The notes under the pieces are model-generated. The model was not told the origin of the DNA. It worked only from the letters and a program-made list of their open reading frames with translations, and ran no database searches. From IMG/VR virus record IMGVR_UViG_3300050119_000049, positions 1 through 64,000 of that record: DNA of 64,000 nt, one strand, 5' to 3'. The stretch comes from a virus. Positions 1 to 8,885 of the stretch are shown one piece after another. The stretch's first letter is position 1, and the number at the start of each line of letters is the position of its first letter. The translations under genes were made by a program, and so were the position numbers.

Positions 1-160
1 GGCGGCGTAGGCGGCGGCGTAGGCGGCGGCGCCATCGGCGGCGGCGGCGGCGTAGGCGGCGGCGTAGGCGGCGGCGTAGGCGGCGGCGTAGGCGGCGGCG
101 TAGGCGGCGGCGTCGGCGGCGTAGGCGGCGGCGTAGGCGGCGTCGGCGTCGGCTTTAGCT
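1..160. repeat. Tandem GGCGGCGTA(GGC) repeats, which code for the (AAAY)n repeat on the minus strand
   Basis: Direct reading: (ggcggcgtag gcggcggcgtagg ...) with occasional gtc/gcc variants. Confidence 0.85.
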
Positions 161-600
161 TGTCGAGCATTCTCCAATGTGGGGTCTTGCTCGCATTTCA
201 AAGCAATTGCCAATAATCTGGATGGATGTTCGCCAGTAAGTCGTCGAGCTGCCGAGCGCAAAGCCGACGGAACAACAGTTTGAATCGTCATCCGAGCCAC
301 TCGACGAGAGAATTCTACTGGATCAACAACACCTTTACTGCCGAGCTGAGCGATGGCAAGTCTTCGCAGCCCTTCAGCACGAGCCTTGTTCGATGACCAT
401 CGAGAATCATTCAATCGAATTTTGAGTCGTCGTAACGGCTCAATGACGCATTGTGGATCATCGCCATGCTTCAATCCCAATGCATAACAAATGGCGGCTT
501 CGACACACATATGTCCGGGAGATGAGTTTCCAAGACCGTGGCTTAAACCATGATCAAGCAGTCGATTGATGTTGTCGACCAGCGCTCGAGTGATGATCAT
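1..600 (-). CDS. Partial CDS running off the left edge. N-terminal about 150 aa of unknown function, followed by an in-frame Ala/Tyr low-complexity repeat (AAAY/AADAAY)n.
   Basis: Manual translation of the minus strand from ATG at 600-598 gives MIITRALVDNINRLLDHGLS...ENARQAKADADAAYAAAYAADAAAYAAAY... The GGCGGCGTA tandem repeats at 1-160 are in frame. No stop before the window edge. Confidence 0.4.
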   Translation of the reverse strand, partial: MIITRALVDNINRLLDHGLSHGLGNSSPGHMCVEAAICYALGLKHGDDPQCVIEPLRRLKIRLNDSRWSSNKARAEGLRRLAIAQLGSKGVVDPVEFSRRVARMTIQTVVPSALRSAARRLTGEHPSRLLAIALKCEQDPTLENARQAKADADAAYAAAYAADAAAYAAAYAAAYAAAYAAAYAAAAADGAAAYAAAYAA

Positions 601-806
601 ACTGATTCCTCCATTTGTTTGACAGCACGACGGATCCAGCGCAAGAACAGAATGGCCTTATCTTCAGCCATGAAGGTGGCATCGTCCATCTCGCCGAACG
701 GCACTTCGAACAGAAAGCCCGACTCGGTTTTGTAAATCAAATGCTTCTGGCGCGCTTTGACGAAACGAACGACTTTACCAGCGGCTACCATGTCTTTGAT
801 GTTCAT
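597..806 (-). CDS. Hypothetical 70-aa protein. ATGA-coupled to the upstream HTH gene.
   Basis: Internal Met of the listed 130-aa ORF. ATG 806-804 overlaps the stop 805-803 of the preceding gene. No recognisable motif. Confidence 0.3.
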   Translation of the reverse strand: MNIKDMVAAGKVVRFVKARQKHLIYKTESGFLFEVPFGEMDDATFMAEDKAILFLRWIRRAVKQMEESV

Positions 807-1108
807 TTGCCCTCGAGCGCTCTTAACGCCATCATGGCGAATTGGTATACGGGGTCGTCCCATCGATTCGGATCCTGAGTGATTTGAACGACGGCGGCTG
901 TACGTGCATGGCGTAAATATACGATAGCGCCGTGAACATTGCTCAGCTTGTTGACGGCTTTTTTCTTGCCGCCGAGCTGTTTCATCCACGAAGAAATCAA
1001 ATTCGGCCTCAGCTTCAAATCCCCAGCAACGGCTGACGTTCTCTCACCGGCTTTGACGCGAGCGATGACTTCACGCTTGAATTCGTCGGTGTAAGTCTTG
1101 CGTTTCAT
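803..1108 (-). CDS. IS3/IS911 OrfA-like helix-turn-helix protein (transposase_8-type HTH). No DDE partner ORF is present.
   Basis: MKRKTYTDEFKREVIARVKAGERTSAVAGDLKLRPNLISSWMKQ resembles the IS3-family OrfA N-terminal HTH. The downstream ORFs are not integrase-like. Confidence 0.5.
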   Translation of the reverse strand: MKRKTYTDEFKREVIARVKAGERTSAVAGDLKLRPNLISSWMKQLGGKKKAVNKLSNVHGAIVYLRHARTAAVVQITQDPNRWDDPVYQFAMMALRALEGK

Positions 1109-1296
1109 TTGCGACGCCTTCTCGGTGTGCCGACTTCGGACATGCGATTGCTGTATAGCTTCAGGCGACGACGGCGCTCCATCACATCTTCAGTGGGTCG
1201 ATTCGACCAACGTCCGATCGATCCACGACAATTGATACAAAATGGGCCTGTGGTTGTATTCTCATACTCACACGCTGGCATTTCACAAGACTTCAT
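1105..1296 (-). CDS. Small Cys-rich (Zn-ribbon-like) protein
   Basis: CxxC...CxxC pattern (CEMPACEY...CINCRG). Basic C-terminus. Confidence 0.3.
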   Translation of the reverse strand: MKSCEMPACEYENTTTGPFCINCRGSIGRWSNRPTEDVMERRRRLKLYSNRMSEVGTPRRRRK

Positions 1297-1356
1297 GATT
1301 GACTCCGATATGTTGTTTATCTAGCGTCAGTCATTTTACGCTGGCTGGTCAAGGAA

Positions 1357-1689
1357 TCAACCGCTAACCGTTCCACGATTCTGCGCAGCTTCGGCCAGCA
1401 ATTTCTCTGAATTCGATTTGAGCCACATGCCGAGCGCCTGAAGTCCGTCAGGCTCGATTCGCGTAATCGGAGTTCCGCTCGCCAGCAATACCACCGAATA
1501 CAGCGATCCCGCCCGATAGATGTACTTCAATTCAAGATCGCCATTGACTCGACTGCTTTGATATTTGAATTGACTCACTGAATCTTTCTCCTTTTCGATT
1601 TCAAGCATTAACGCGAATGCTCGCGGCCAAAAATCATTCATCGATCGCCCCAATCCCAAATACTCATGCCCCAATCGTCGAGCTCCCAT
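1357..1689 (-). CDS. Hypothetical protein
   Basis: ORF in the operon immediately downstream of the DNA polymerase, same strand. Confidence 0.35.
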   Translation of the reverse strand: MGARRLGHEYLGLGRSMNDFWPRAFALMLEIEKEKDSVSQFKYQSSRVNGDLELKYIYRAGSLYSVVLLASGTPITRIEPDGLQALGMWLKSNSEKLLAEAAQNRGTVSG

Positions 1690-1786
1690 TGATCTTGACT
1701 TTCTTCGCTCGGCTCACCGTATCGACGATTCATCTGACGATTGCGAAAATTCACTGGATGCGTGTGAGGCGGCATCAAGCTAAAAT

Positions 1787-4276
1787 CTACTGTAAGTCTT
1801 TTCGATACGGCGTGCCCGCTCCCCAAGGGCCGCATTCGAGGTCGGCTTCCATCGGTACCGACAGCTTGACGTTGAACACGTCTAACAGCTTGGGGTGACG
1901 CATGATCGATCGAATCTTTGGTAGCCATTCGTCTAGCTCCTCGGTTCTGACATTGAGTAAAATCGAATCGTGTACTTCCCCAACTACCTGCACGGAATAC
2001 GGCGGCAGCTCGCAGATTTCTACCAGGGCCATCGCTTTCCAATCGCCGATGAATCCTTGAATCGGACTATTGATTGCTTGTCGTTCGGCTTCGCCGACTA
2101 AGAAACGATCAGTGCTGTGTACGCCCGGTAGGCGACGTATACGGCCAATCAAATTACGCACCTGGCCGTCGAGCCGCACTAAGCCGCGTTGCCGTTTGTG
2201 CCACGGCTCAAGGCCTCGATACAGATGAAAATACGCCTCGCGTAGCGTTTCAGATTCGGCCATTGTCGGCTCAAAGCCGTATTTCATCTTGGCGTATTCG
2301 ATGAATTTCGTTGCCCTCATGCCGTACACAAATCCGAAATTGATGCCCTTCGCTTTTTTGCGACCTTCTTTCCAGCCTTTCCATTGTTTGATCGCCGATT
2401 CGTGACCATGCTCCATCATAATGCGAACCGCATGATCCATATCTTCAACGTCACCTAAACCGTTCAGCTCAGCAGCCGTTTCCATCAACGGTTCGTAGTA
2501 ATCACCTGATCCTCCGGATTGAATAGCGAACATCAGCGTACGCCAGTGCACGTCGATTTTTTGCTTGAAGCATTTGATCAGCTCTGGATCGCGTGACACT
2601 TCGGCCACTGTGCGCAGCTCAGCCTGGGATATGTCGGCTTGAACGAAGGTGTAATTCGGTGGGGCTATCGCCAAGTTGCGGATCGTGCCATCTCGAGGCA
2701 CTTGATGCAAGCGAGAAGAGTATCGTCCAGTGACAGTGCCGTGCAATTTTGTACTAAAGAATACTCGACCTTCAACGATAAGTTGTTCCCATCCTTCGAG
2801 ATACGTGTTGTAAAACTTTGACAGCTCTCGAAATTCGACGAGCTTAGAGGCAATGGGATGCTCATCGCGAATTTCGAGGAGTGCTTCTTCTCCGGTACTA
2901 TAGTTGCCACCGTCGGTAAGGACGGTCGGTTTGATTTTGAGCGTGCCATATAGAAATTTCCCCACTTGAGCCGGTGAACTCCAATTGATGTCGATCGCAC
3001 CAGCCGCTTTAGCCATCGCATTCAATTCGACCTCGGCCTGATCGCGCTTTTTACCCACTTCGATCTTCGTTGATCGAAATTTTTCCATATCCAGTGTGAT
3101 GCCGCGCATTTCGATGTCTTCAAAACATCGTGCCGCGGGCATGACGAGTTTGTAGAATATTTTTCGAAGGTCCTTTTGCTTTTTGAGCATACCGTCAAAC
3201 AAAATCGCAAGTCGTAGCGTGTAATAAGCGTCGCGAGCGGCATATAGATAGAATTTGTCCAACACACCATGCTCTTCGGGATGCAGCAAATGCGCCAGCG
3301 GTAGCGCATAATCCGGCGCATCGAGATACGTGCGACTCATTTCCTTCAAGCCATGCGGCGTATTTTCATCCAGCAAATGATGAGCTAAGCCGACATCGAA
3401 ATCCACATAAAATCGAATACCATATTGAGCCATCAACCATTCATTATCGAACTTGCCGTTCTGAGCGCAACACCACTTGCCTCGGCTCGCTTGCTCAAGC
3501 CAGTGAAGAAAGTTATATTGCGTCTCGTGTTTCGGCATCGGCGAGTCAGCTTGATATAGCCGAATGATCCACACTCGATGATCCATACCAATCTGCAATG
3601 TGCGTACACGACCTTTTGGATCGTGCATGAACAGTCCAGTCGTTTCAGTGTCGAAGGAGAAGCGCTCGGCTTCGAGAAATTCTTTGACGAATTGTGAGAA
3701 ATTCGATTTGGTCAAAAATCGCCACTCGATTTCTTCTTTCCTACGTTCGCCTCGCATCTCACGCGCCAATCGTTCAAGATCACGTTGTAACGCGGGCAGC
3801 TTTGACGGATCACGCAGAATATATGCCGGATGAAACATCGGCATTCCTACAAACGGATGCTTGCCAACAACTAATTGTCCATGGTCTTGAGTGATCTTCG
3901 ATTTGCGCAATACGGCTTTGCTCGATACGTTGCCGAGCGTCACGACGTATTGCGGCTTGATCGCTTCAAGCTCGGCGTCGAGGTAGGGTCGACACGCTTT
4001 GATTTCATCGTTCGTAGGCTGACGATTGGCCGGTGGCCGACAGCGTACGAGATTAGTGATGCGTACTTTTCTAAGTCCGACTTTCTCAATTTCAGTTCGA
4101 ATGATCTGACCTGACTTACCAATGAACGGCACGCCACGTTTATCTTCCTGATCACCGGGCGCTTCACCGATGAATACGATATCGGCGTCCATCGGCCCAT
4201 CACCGGCAATGCATACACTTTTCACGCCACGGTGCAAGCCGCAAAGCTGACAATTCTTATTCTGAAGTTCGCTCAT
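1787..4276 (-). CDS. Family A DNA polymerase (PolA) with an N-terminal family-4 uracil-DNA-glycosylase-like domain and a 3'-5' exonuclease domain
   Basis: UDG family-4 motifs GEAPGDQED and HPAYILR at the N-terminus. Exo I motif FDTETTGL. PolA motif A DISQAELR, motif B KKAKGINFGFVYGM and motif C VHDSIL. Confidence 0.9.
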   Translation of the reverse strand: MSELQNKNCQLCGLHRGVKSVCIAGDGPMDADIVFIGEAPGDQEDKRGVPFIGKSGQIIRTEIEKVGLRKVRITNLVRCRPPANRQPTNDEIKACRPYLDAELEAIKPQYVVTLGNVSSKAVLRKSKITQDHGQLVVGKHPFVGMPMFHPAYILRDPSKLPALQRDLERLAREMRGERRKEEIEWRFLTKSNFSQFVKEFLEAERFSFDTETTGLFMHDPKGRVRTLQIGMDHRVWIIRLYQADSPMPKHETQYNFLHWLEQASRGKWCCAQNGKFDNEWLMAQYGIRFYVDFDVGLAHHLLDENTPHGLKEMSRTYLDAPDYALPLAHLLHPEEHGVLDKFYLYAARDAYYTLRLAILFDGMLKKQKDLRKIFYKLVMPAARCFEDIEMRGITLDMEKFRSTKIEVGKKRDQAEVELNAMAKAAGAIDINWSSPAQVGKFLYGTLKIKPTVLTDGGNYSTGEEALLEIRDEHPIASKLVEFRELSKFYNTYLEGWEQLIVEGRVFFSTKLHGTVTGRYSSRLHQVPRDGTIRNLAIAPPNYTFVQADISQAELRTVAEVSRDPELIKCFKQKIDVHWRTLMFAIQSGGSGDYYEPLMETAAELNGLGDVEDMDHAVRIMMEHGHESAIKQWKGWKEGRKKAKGINFGFVYGMRATKFIEYAKMKYGFEPTMAESETLREAYFHLYRGLEPWHKRQRGLVRLDGQVRNLIGRIRRLPGVHSTDRFLVGEAERQAINSPIQGFIGDWKAMALVEICELPPYSVQVVGEVHDSILLNVRTEELDEWLPKIRSIMRHPKLLDVFNVKLSVPMEADLECGPWGAGTPYRKDLQ

Positions 4277-4545
4277 ATCAGGTCCTTGATCTCATCTGGC
4301 AGATACAAATCGACTCGCAACATACGCGATGCTCGGTCAATCGGATCGATCGGCGGCACTCGAACTCGAAAATTATTCCATGGAAATTCAAGTACTCCTT
4401 CATGCGAAGCTCTAGCGATTTCTTCTTGAACAACTCGAATACACATTATTCGACCTTCCCTATTGTTCGGAATTTGATTCGGCATCGTCGTCAATGCTTC
4501 TATCACTTTGTTCTGGATGTATAGCTTAGCTTCGTCTTCTGTCAT
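4273..4545 (-). CDS. Hypothetical protein
   Basis: ORF overlapping the polymerase start by 4 nt, which suggests translational coupling. Confidence 0.4.
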   Translation of the reverse strand: MTEDEAKLYIQNKVIEALTTMPNQIPNNREGRIMCIRVVQEEIARASHEGVLEFPWNNFRVRVPPIDPIDRASRMLRVDLYLPDEIKDLI

Positions 4546-4760
4546 GTCGTTTTGGCGGCTTCAATTTCGTAAGGAAACAACCATTCACATCGACGCTGAC
4601 CGTCCCACCACCAAACGACTTGATACTGATCGCCTTGACTATTGCGCAAAATGCCAACGACTCTTGCGGGCAATTTCAAATCGATCAACATCACGAGGGC
4701 GTGGATTTTATATTGAAACAGATATGGAATTTCTCGATTCATGGCGCATCCATATACCAA
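4542..4760 (-). CDS. Hypothetical protein
   Basis: Overlap-coupled ORF in the same operon. Confidence 0.3.
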   Translation of the reverse strand: MVYGCAMNREIPYLFQYKIHALVMLIDLKLPARVVGILRNSQGDQYQVVWWWDGQRRCEWLFPYEIEAAKTT

Positions 4761-4853
4761 CGAAAGCCGACGATCAGCAGCATGACGCCCATTGACAGCT
4801 TTATATCGCCGATCATCGATGAGCCGATAAACGATACTGTCAATCCCAAGATT

Positions 4854-5402
4854 CTATGCGTCATGATGAACCCACTTCACGCCTGCCGCGTCGAGTAAAT
4901 CGAGTCCGGCTATTAATCGATATTTGCGTCGAAAATGCACGATACTGATTCCGGCGTTTATGATCGCCTTGGCGCAGCCCTCGCAAGGACTGTCAGTGAT
5001 GTACAGCTCGGCACCGTTCGTGGCTACACCGGCATTAGCGGCCCACGTAATGGCATTCAGCTCGGCATGTGTGGCATACGTGCAAGGTCGATCGAGCTTA
5101 CAATGCAAAGGGCCACAATGCTCGAGACCACGTGGCGAGCCGTTATAGCCCGCCGCCAGTGGCCGACCTTCACGCGCCACGATCGCGCCGACCTGCAGCC
5201 GTTCACATGTACCGCGTTCAGCCGCCGCGTCGGCCATTCGTAGAAGCATTTCATCTCGACTAATGCGTAGATTCATAGTCATCAAATTTCTTATGAGCCG
5301 GCATGAAAAATCTCCAGCAGCTTCGGATATAGTTTCTCGTTTGAATTGCGCTTGAGCGCGAACACGTAGGCGTGTACGGCTACGAATGTAACGCTTTTCC
5401 AT
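4854..5402 (-). CDS. dCMP (deoxycytidylate) deaminase, zinc-dependent
   Basis: HAELNAI and PCEGCAKAI zinc-binding motifs of cytidine/dCMP deaminases. The true start may be an internal Met (MNLRISRDEMLLRMADAAAERGTC). Confidence 0.8.
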   Translation of the reverse strand: MEKRYIRSRTRLRVRAQAQFKRETISEAAGDFSCRLIRNLMTMNLRISRDEMLLRMADAAAERGTCERLQVGAIVAREGRPLAAGYNGSPRGLEHCGPLHCKLDRPCTYATHAELNAITWAANAGVATNGAELYITDSPCEGCAKAIINAGISIVHFRRKYRLIAGLDLLDAAGVKWVHHDA

Positions 5403-5818
5403 GAAGTAGCCAATTGTTGCTCAAGCTCATTGACGAGCGTCAGATCGTACCCAAAACCGCCGATCAATTCCAAGGAACGATAGAATAGCGTAAGATGCCT
5501 TTGATTACTGACCGCTGCAGACGAGAGACAGAAATCGCCCCGTATTCCATGATATCCGCGGCCACTTTTTGAGACACCGAAGCGAAAAGAGTAATCGTCG
5601 CGACCCCGGATTCGTTGTATTTCACGTCGATCGATATAATTGTCAGATCGATTACGAGCTCTTTTTGGATTGATTTTTTGGATTGCTTCACCATATCGAT
5701 TCTCCCACTGTTTCACTGTTGCCACGAATGGCCGTCCTCGCGAGCCGCTTTTATATGTCGGCACTAAATTGGCGTACAGCTCAGGCAGCGTGTCGGCTGT
5801 GTAGCTTTGTAAGTTCAT
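5291..5818 (-). CDS. Hypothetical protein
   Basis: 175-aa ORF. ATGA overlap with the upstream gene (ATG 5818-5816, TGA 5817-5815). Confidence 0.4.
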   Translation of the reverse strand: MNLQSYTADTLPELYANLVPTYKSGSRGRPFVATVKQWENRYGEAIQKINPKRARNRSDNYIDRREIQRIRGRDDYSFRFGVSKSGRGYHGIRGDFCLSSAAVSNQRHLTLFYRSLELIGGFGYDLTLVNELEQQLATSWKSVTFVAVHAYVFALKRNSNEKLYPKLLEIFHAGS

Positions 5819-6132
5819 TGCTTCGCTTTTCCATCGTTAGCTGAGCTTGAATGCTTTGCTTCGGCATCAGACTGTGAGTGGTGGGGAGCTATCGAAGCGT
5901 TGAAGGCATCTGCATCACTTTGCTTGGCCTGTGCCAGCGTCGAGCGAACTTCAACCCACCCGCAGTCGCATGCGTGACTTGCGGACTTCCAGAGCGCACA
6001 TGAGGCTAAGTGCTTGCCGTACTTCCAAAGCTGCGCCTTGCGCTGTTCGATCTCATCGGCAGCCCACCGCACCATGACTTGGGCGCTTTCTTCACTGACT
6101 GGCTCTCTAAGTTGTTTCACCAAATCAACCAT
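5815..6132 (-). CDS. Hypothetical protein. Its C-terminus lies inside a 44-bp direct repeat.
   Basis: ORF with a Cys cluster (CALWKSASHACDCGW). The C-terminal codons overlap repeat copy A. Confidence 0.35.
   Translation of the reverse strand: MVDLVKQLREPVSEESAQVMVRWAADEIEQRKAQLWKYGKHLASCALWKSASHACDCGWVEVRSTLAQAKQSDADAFNASIAPHHSQSDAEAKHSSSANDGKAKQ
5830..5873. repeat. Direct repeat copy A (44 bp). Its partner is at 6294-6337.
   Basis: tccatcgttagctgagcttgaatgctt is identical over 27 nt in both copies, followed by ...catcagact in both. Confidence 0.8.
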
Positions 6133-6293
6133 TTCCTTCTCCGCTGGCAGCGATCTTTTCGTTTGCTCGCAAAAGCTGGTCGAGTAGACTCATACATTGC
6201 CTGGCGAGACGTTTTTCCCGGTCGGTATATGCCTCGTGGTGAAGGATGGTCAGCAACTCGGCAACGGTAAAATGGTCATCCATGTTCTCCCCC

Positions 6294-6337
6294 TCCATCG
6301 TTAGCTGAGCTTGAATGCTTCACATCGACATCAGACT
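6294..6337. repeat. Direct repeat copy B
   Basis: See copy A. The repeats bracket the 105-aa gene plus its upstream region (about 460 bp). Confidence 0.8.
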
Positions 6338-6492
6338 TCAGTCGAACCATTGGCAACCATTCCTTTTTAACTCTGCGTGCATTGCGGATTGCCGCTTGCG
6401 CTCATGTCTCAGTAAGGCGCGCAGCCTCCGTTGATCCCACGCGCCGATAAAGTAGCCGATCAATGCAGCGAGTCCTGCCCATACCCAATGAT

Positions 6493-6693
6493 TCATCGTT
6501 GCTCCTTTGCGGCATCAAGTTCGAAGCCTGGGTCGATAACAATCTGAGATCGCATGGCGGCTCGATCCATTGCGTCGCGTTCTTCTTGGGTCATGAAACG
6601 TTGGGCCACTATTATCGGTGGAGGCGGACATTCATGAAAACTTAAAAATCCCATAAACACTTCTTCACCACAATTCGGACAGGGCATACTCAT
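6493..6693 (-). CDS. Small Zn-ribbon protein
   Basis: CPNCGEEV...HECPPPP pattern. Confidence 0.3.
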   Translation of the reverse strand: MSMPCPNCGEEVFMGFLSFHECPPPPIIVAQRFMTQEERDAMDRAAMRSQIVIDPGFELDAAKEQR

Positions 6694-6896
6694 TTGCAGC
6701 CTCGAAGTTCTTCGAGTGATCGAATCATTGCGATCACATCGCCTTCAGCCATGGCTTTAGCCGCTCGATCGAGCGCCTGACGATGCATCATCAAGCCGAA
6801 AGCACCGGCTGGGCCAATCTCAATATACTGAGGTATCAACTCATCACGTACTCGAGCCATCTCACGCGGCAATGCGTCTCCAACGGTGTCATTCAT
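6690..6896 (-). CDS. Hypothetical small protein
   Basis: Overlap-coupled ORF. Confidence 0.3.
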   Translation of the reverse strand: MNDTVGDALPREMARVRDELIPQYIEIGPAGAFGLMMHRQALDRAAKAMAEGDVIAMIRSLEELRGCK

Positions 6897-6924
6897 GCTT
6901 CCTCCAGATTGATAGTCCGACGAT

Positions 6925-7284
6925 TCACGACCAAACTCTCCGACCGAACAACACAGCGTCCCCCATGACGTACGCCAGTGACTCGGCTTTGGTTTTTGGA
7001 TAGCGCGTCAAGTGATAGCAGCGATAGATTTCCGTCGCCACTTCGTTGCGCGGCTTCGCTCGAACAACGCAATCAGCATCGATGAACATGTCTCGCATAC
7101 CGCCGTGATGCCAAACGGCGATACGTTCGAGACGTCCCTGAATCAACGGCTCGACTAAATCCTTGATCATCTTGCGCGTCGGCACAGTCGGCCAATCGAC
7201 GAATTCCTTCAACTGATTGCCCGTCGTCAGAATGACGTAATACTCAGTCGTACCTTTCGGCTTTTCTTGTTCGTAGACTGTCAT
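6925..7284 (-). CDS. Hypothetical protein of 119 aa
   Basis: Internal Met MTVYEQEK chosen because ATG 7284-7282 overlaps the stop of the ThyA-like gene (ATGA). Confidence 0.4.
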   Translation of the reverse strand: MTVYEQEKPKGTTEYYVILTTGNQLKEFVDWPTVPTRKMIKDLVEPLIQGRLERIAVWHHGGMRDMFIDADCVVRAKPRNEVATEIYRCYHLTRYPKTKAESLAYVMGDAVLFGRRVWS

Positions 7285-8051
7285 AATTTTCGATGATCGT
7301 TGATGAAACAGTGAAGCGAGCCTGCCCAGAAAGTAAATATACCCGGCACTACAGTCTTCCAAGCATCGTCGAGCTTGCGCAGCTCGGCTAGCATCCACAA
7401 AAGCAGCCGAGTAGTCAAATATAAATCATCGCGAAAGTGCCGGATGAAATCACACGATCGAATCGGATAGAAAATGTTCAGCCGACTATCGCGCATCATG
7501 AAGTGATAGCCGAGCGAACATGGAATGCGCTCGCCGTGCACTACGCCGGTATCCTCAGGAAAGAATATCGGCAGATACGCTTGCCGCGTCAACGGATCAG
7601 CTTTCAACAAATTGACGACATCCATCAAATCGCCGTAAGCATAACGAATGCCCCAATTTGTTTTAGTCGGGTCACCGGCATTCTTCGGCCAATAGCGTTC
7701 GGCGTAAGTATGGCTGAACACTCCGTCTTTCAAAAAGTTCGAGGCTGAGTTGCCATACGGCCACTCTTTCCACGTTTCACCTGGATTGATCGGTTTGCCA
7801 CTGACTCTCTCTTGCTCAAAGTGATTGTCAGCCCACGGTAAATTCGGTTTGATCTGACGGCGGTAGTAATTCAGCTCTTCGCTCGGTAACTGGACACGAA
7901 AGAATACATCCGACAGCTCGCGCATCTCGGCTTCGGGGCGTTTTGATATGTCGATCGATTGCCACTTAGCCGTATGCACTGCTTTGGCCGTTGCCTTCAT
8001 CTCGTGATGTAAGTTGGTAATGGCCCGATCGAAAAATGTTGGATGAATCAT
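7281..8051 (-). CDS. Thymidylate-synthase (ThyA)-fold pyrimidine-nucleotide C5 methylase/hydroxymethylase homolog. It is divergent and its substrate is unknown.
   Basis: Aligns by eye to the ThyA core: DPLTRQA ~ [32 protein letters not shown] ~ [43 protein letters not shown] ~ GDFVWTGGDTHLYSNH. The catalytic Cys and the RSxD phosphate-binding motif are retained. Confidence 0.7.
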   Translation of the reverse strand: [256 protein letters not shown]

Positions 8052-8217
8052 TGAGCTACTAACTCCGCCCCGATCAGTGAAATCGCCATTATGGCGCGTT
8101 GATCAGCTTGAATCAATATGCGCAGAGTTCGAGCAATGCTCTCGACGACGACGCGATCCGATGGCGGCAACTCACGCACGGCGTTGGTGATTTCCATCAA
8201 AACTTTTTCGTCTTCAG

Positions 8218-8589
8218 TCATCTTAATGCCTCATATAGTGATTGAACGATTCTCACTTTCGGATGACGAATCCATGAACCGACTGGTCGATCCGTGCGGC
8301 CCTCAAGCTGCGTCGAGCTAAGATACACGAACACCGGAATGCCAGTGGCTATCGCCATGCCAACTTCGACCAACGCGCCCTTGAACGGAAAGTCTTCTGG
8401 TTCAGCGTAAAACACCAATCGATCACTATGCATGATTTCATGCGTGATGCGCTTCCACAAATAAGTGAAGTCTAACGTTTGGCCCTCATCAACTTCATCA
8501 ATCCAAGTGGAGATGATGCCATATCCTAAGCTGCGCAAATGCTTCCAGCGTTCGGCGTGCTTGACGCGAGAAGCGACGTAAATTCTCAT
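8218..8589 (-). CDS. Nucleoside 2-deoxyribosyltransferase-like (Rossmann) protein. Low confidence.
   Basis: Pattern IYVAS...W...SD.LVFYAE...GALVEVGMAIATGIPV is reminiscent of the NDT/LOG-like fold. Start chosen at the Met ATGA-coupled to the upstream ORF. Confidence 0.35.
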   Translation of the reverse strand: MRIYVASRVKHAERWKHLRSLGYGIISTWIDEVDEGQTLDFTYLWKRITHEIMHSDRLVFYAEPEDFPFKGALVEVGMAIATGIPVFVYLSSTQLEGRTDRPVGSWIRHPKVRIVQSLYEALR

Positions 8590-8885
8590 ACGCAAAGCTC
8601 CTCTTCGATTCGTTCCTCTTCTTGCGGCGGAGGCCGCAGTTTTTTGAGCAACAATATGGCGCAAGGAAGCGTAAGTTCATTAAACCGAATATCGACTACT
8701 TTGGACCATTGAAAGTGACCGGGCAATAGCGGCTCATTCCAATAGGCTTCGCTTAAAACAATGCCTGTCATTCCGGGAAATATTTCCGAGCTCCAATTAA
8801 TAAATCCCAGATTTCCTGGATCGTACGTCATCACTAAATCGCCGGGCCCGATCATGAAGCGGCTCGATAATCGATGCATGGACAT
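8586..8885 (-). CDS. Hypothetical protein
   Basis: Overlap-coupled ORF. Confidence 0.3.
   Translation of the reverse strand: MSMHRLSSRFMIGPGDLVMTYDPGNLGFINWSSEIFPGMTGIVLSEAYWNEPLLPGHFQWSKVVDIRFNELTLPCAILLLKKLRPPPQEEERIEEELCV

Noticed and set aside
1-160. CRISPR array, considered because of regular short repeats
   Set aside because: The repeats are 9-12 nt, contiguous and in frame with a coding sequence (AAAY repeat). There are no spacers. Not a CRISPR.
597-989. 130-aa ORF as an IS3 OrfB (transposase) produced by frameshift from OrfA
   Set aside because: The translation has no DDE/integrase-core motifs and stops after 70 aa of unrelated sequence. The downstream frame continues into the AAAY-repeat protein instead.
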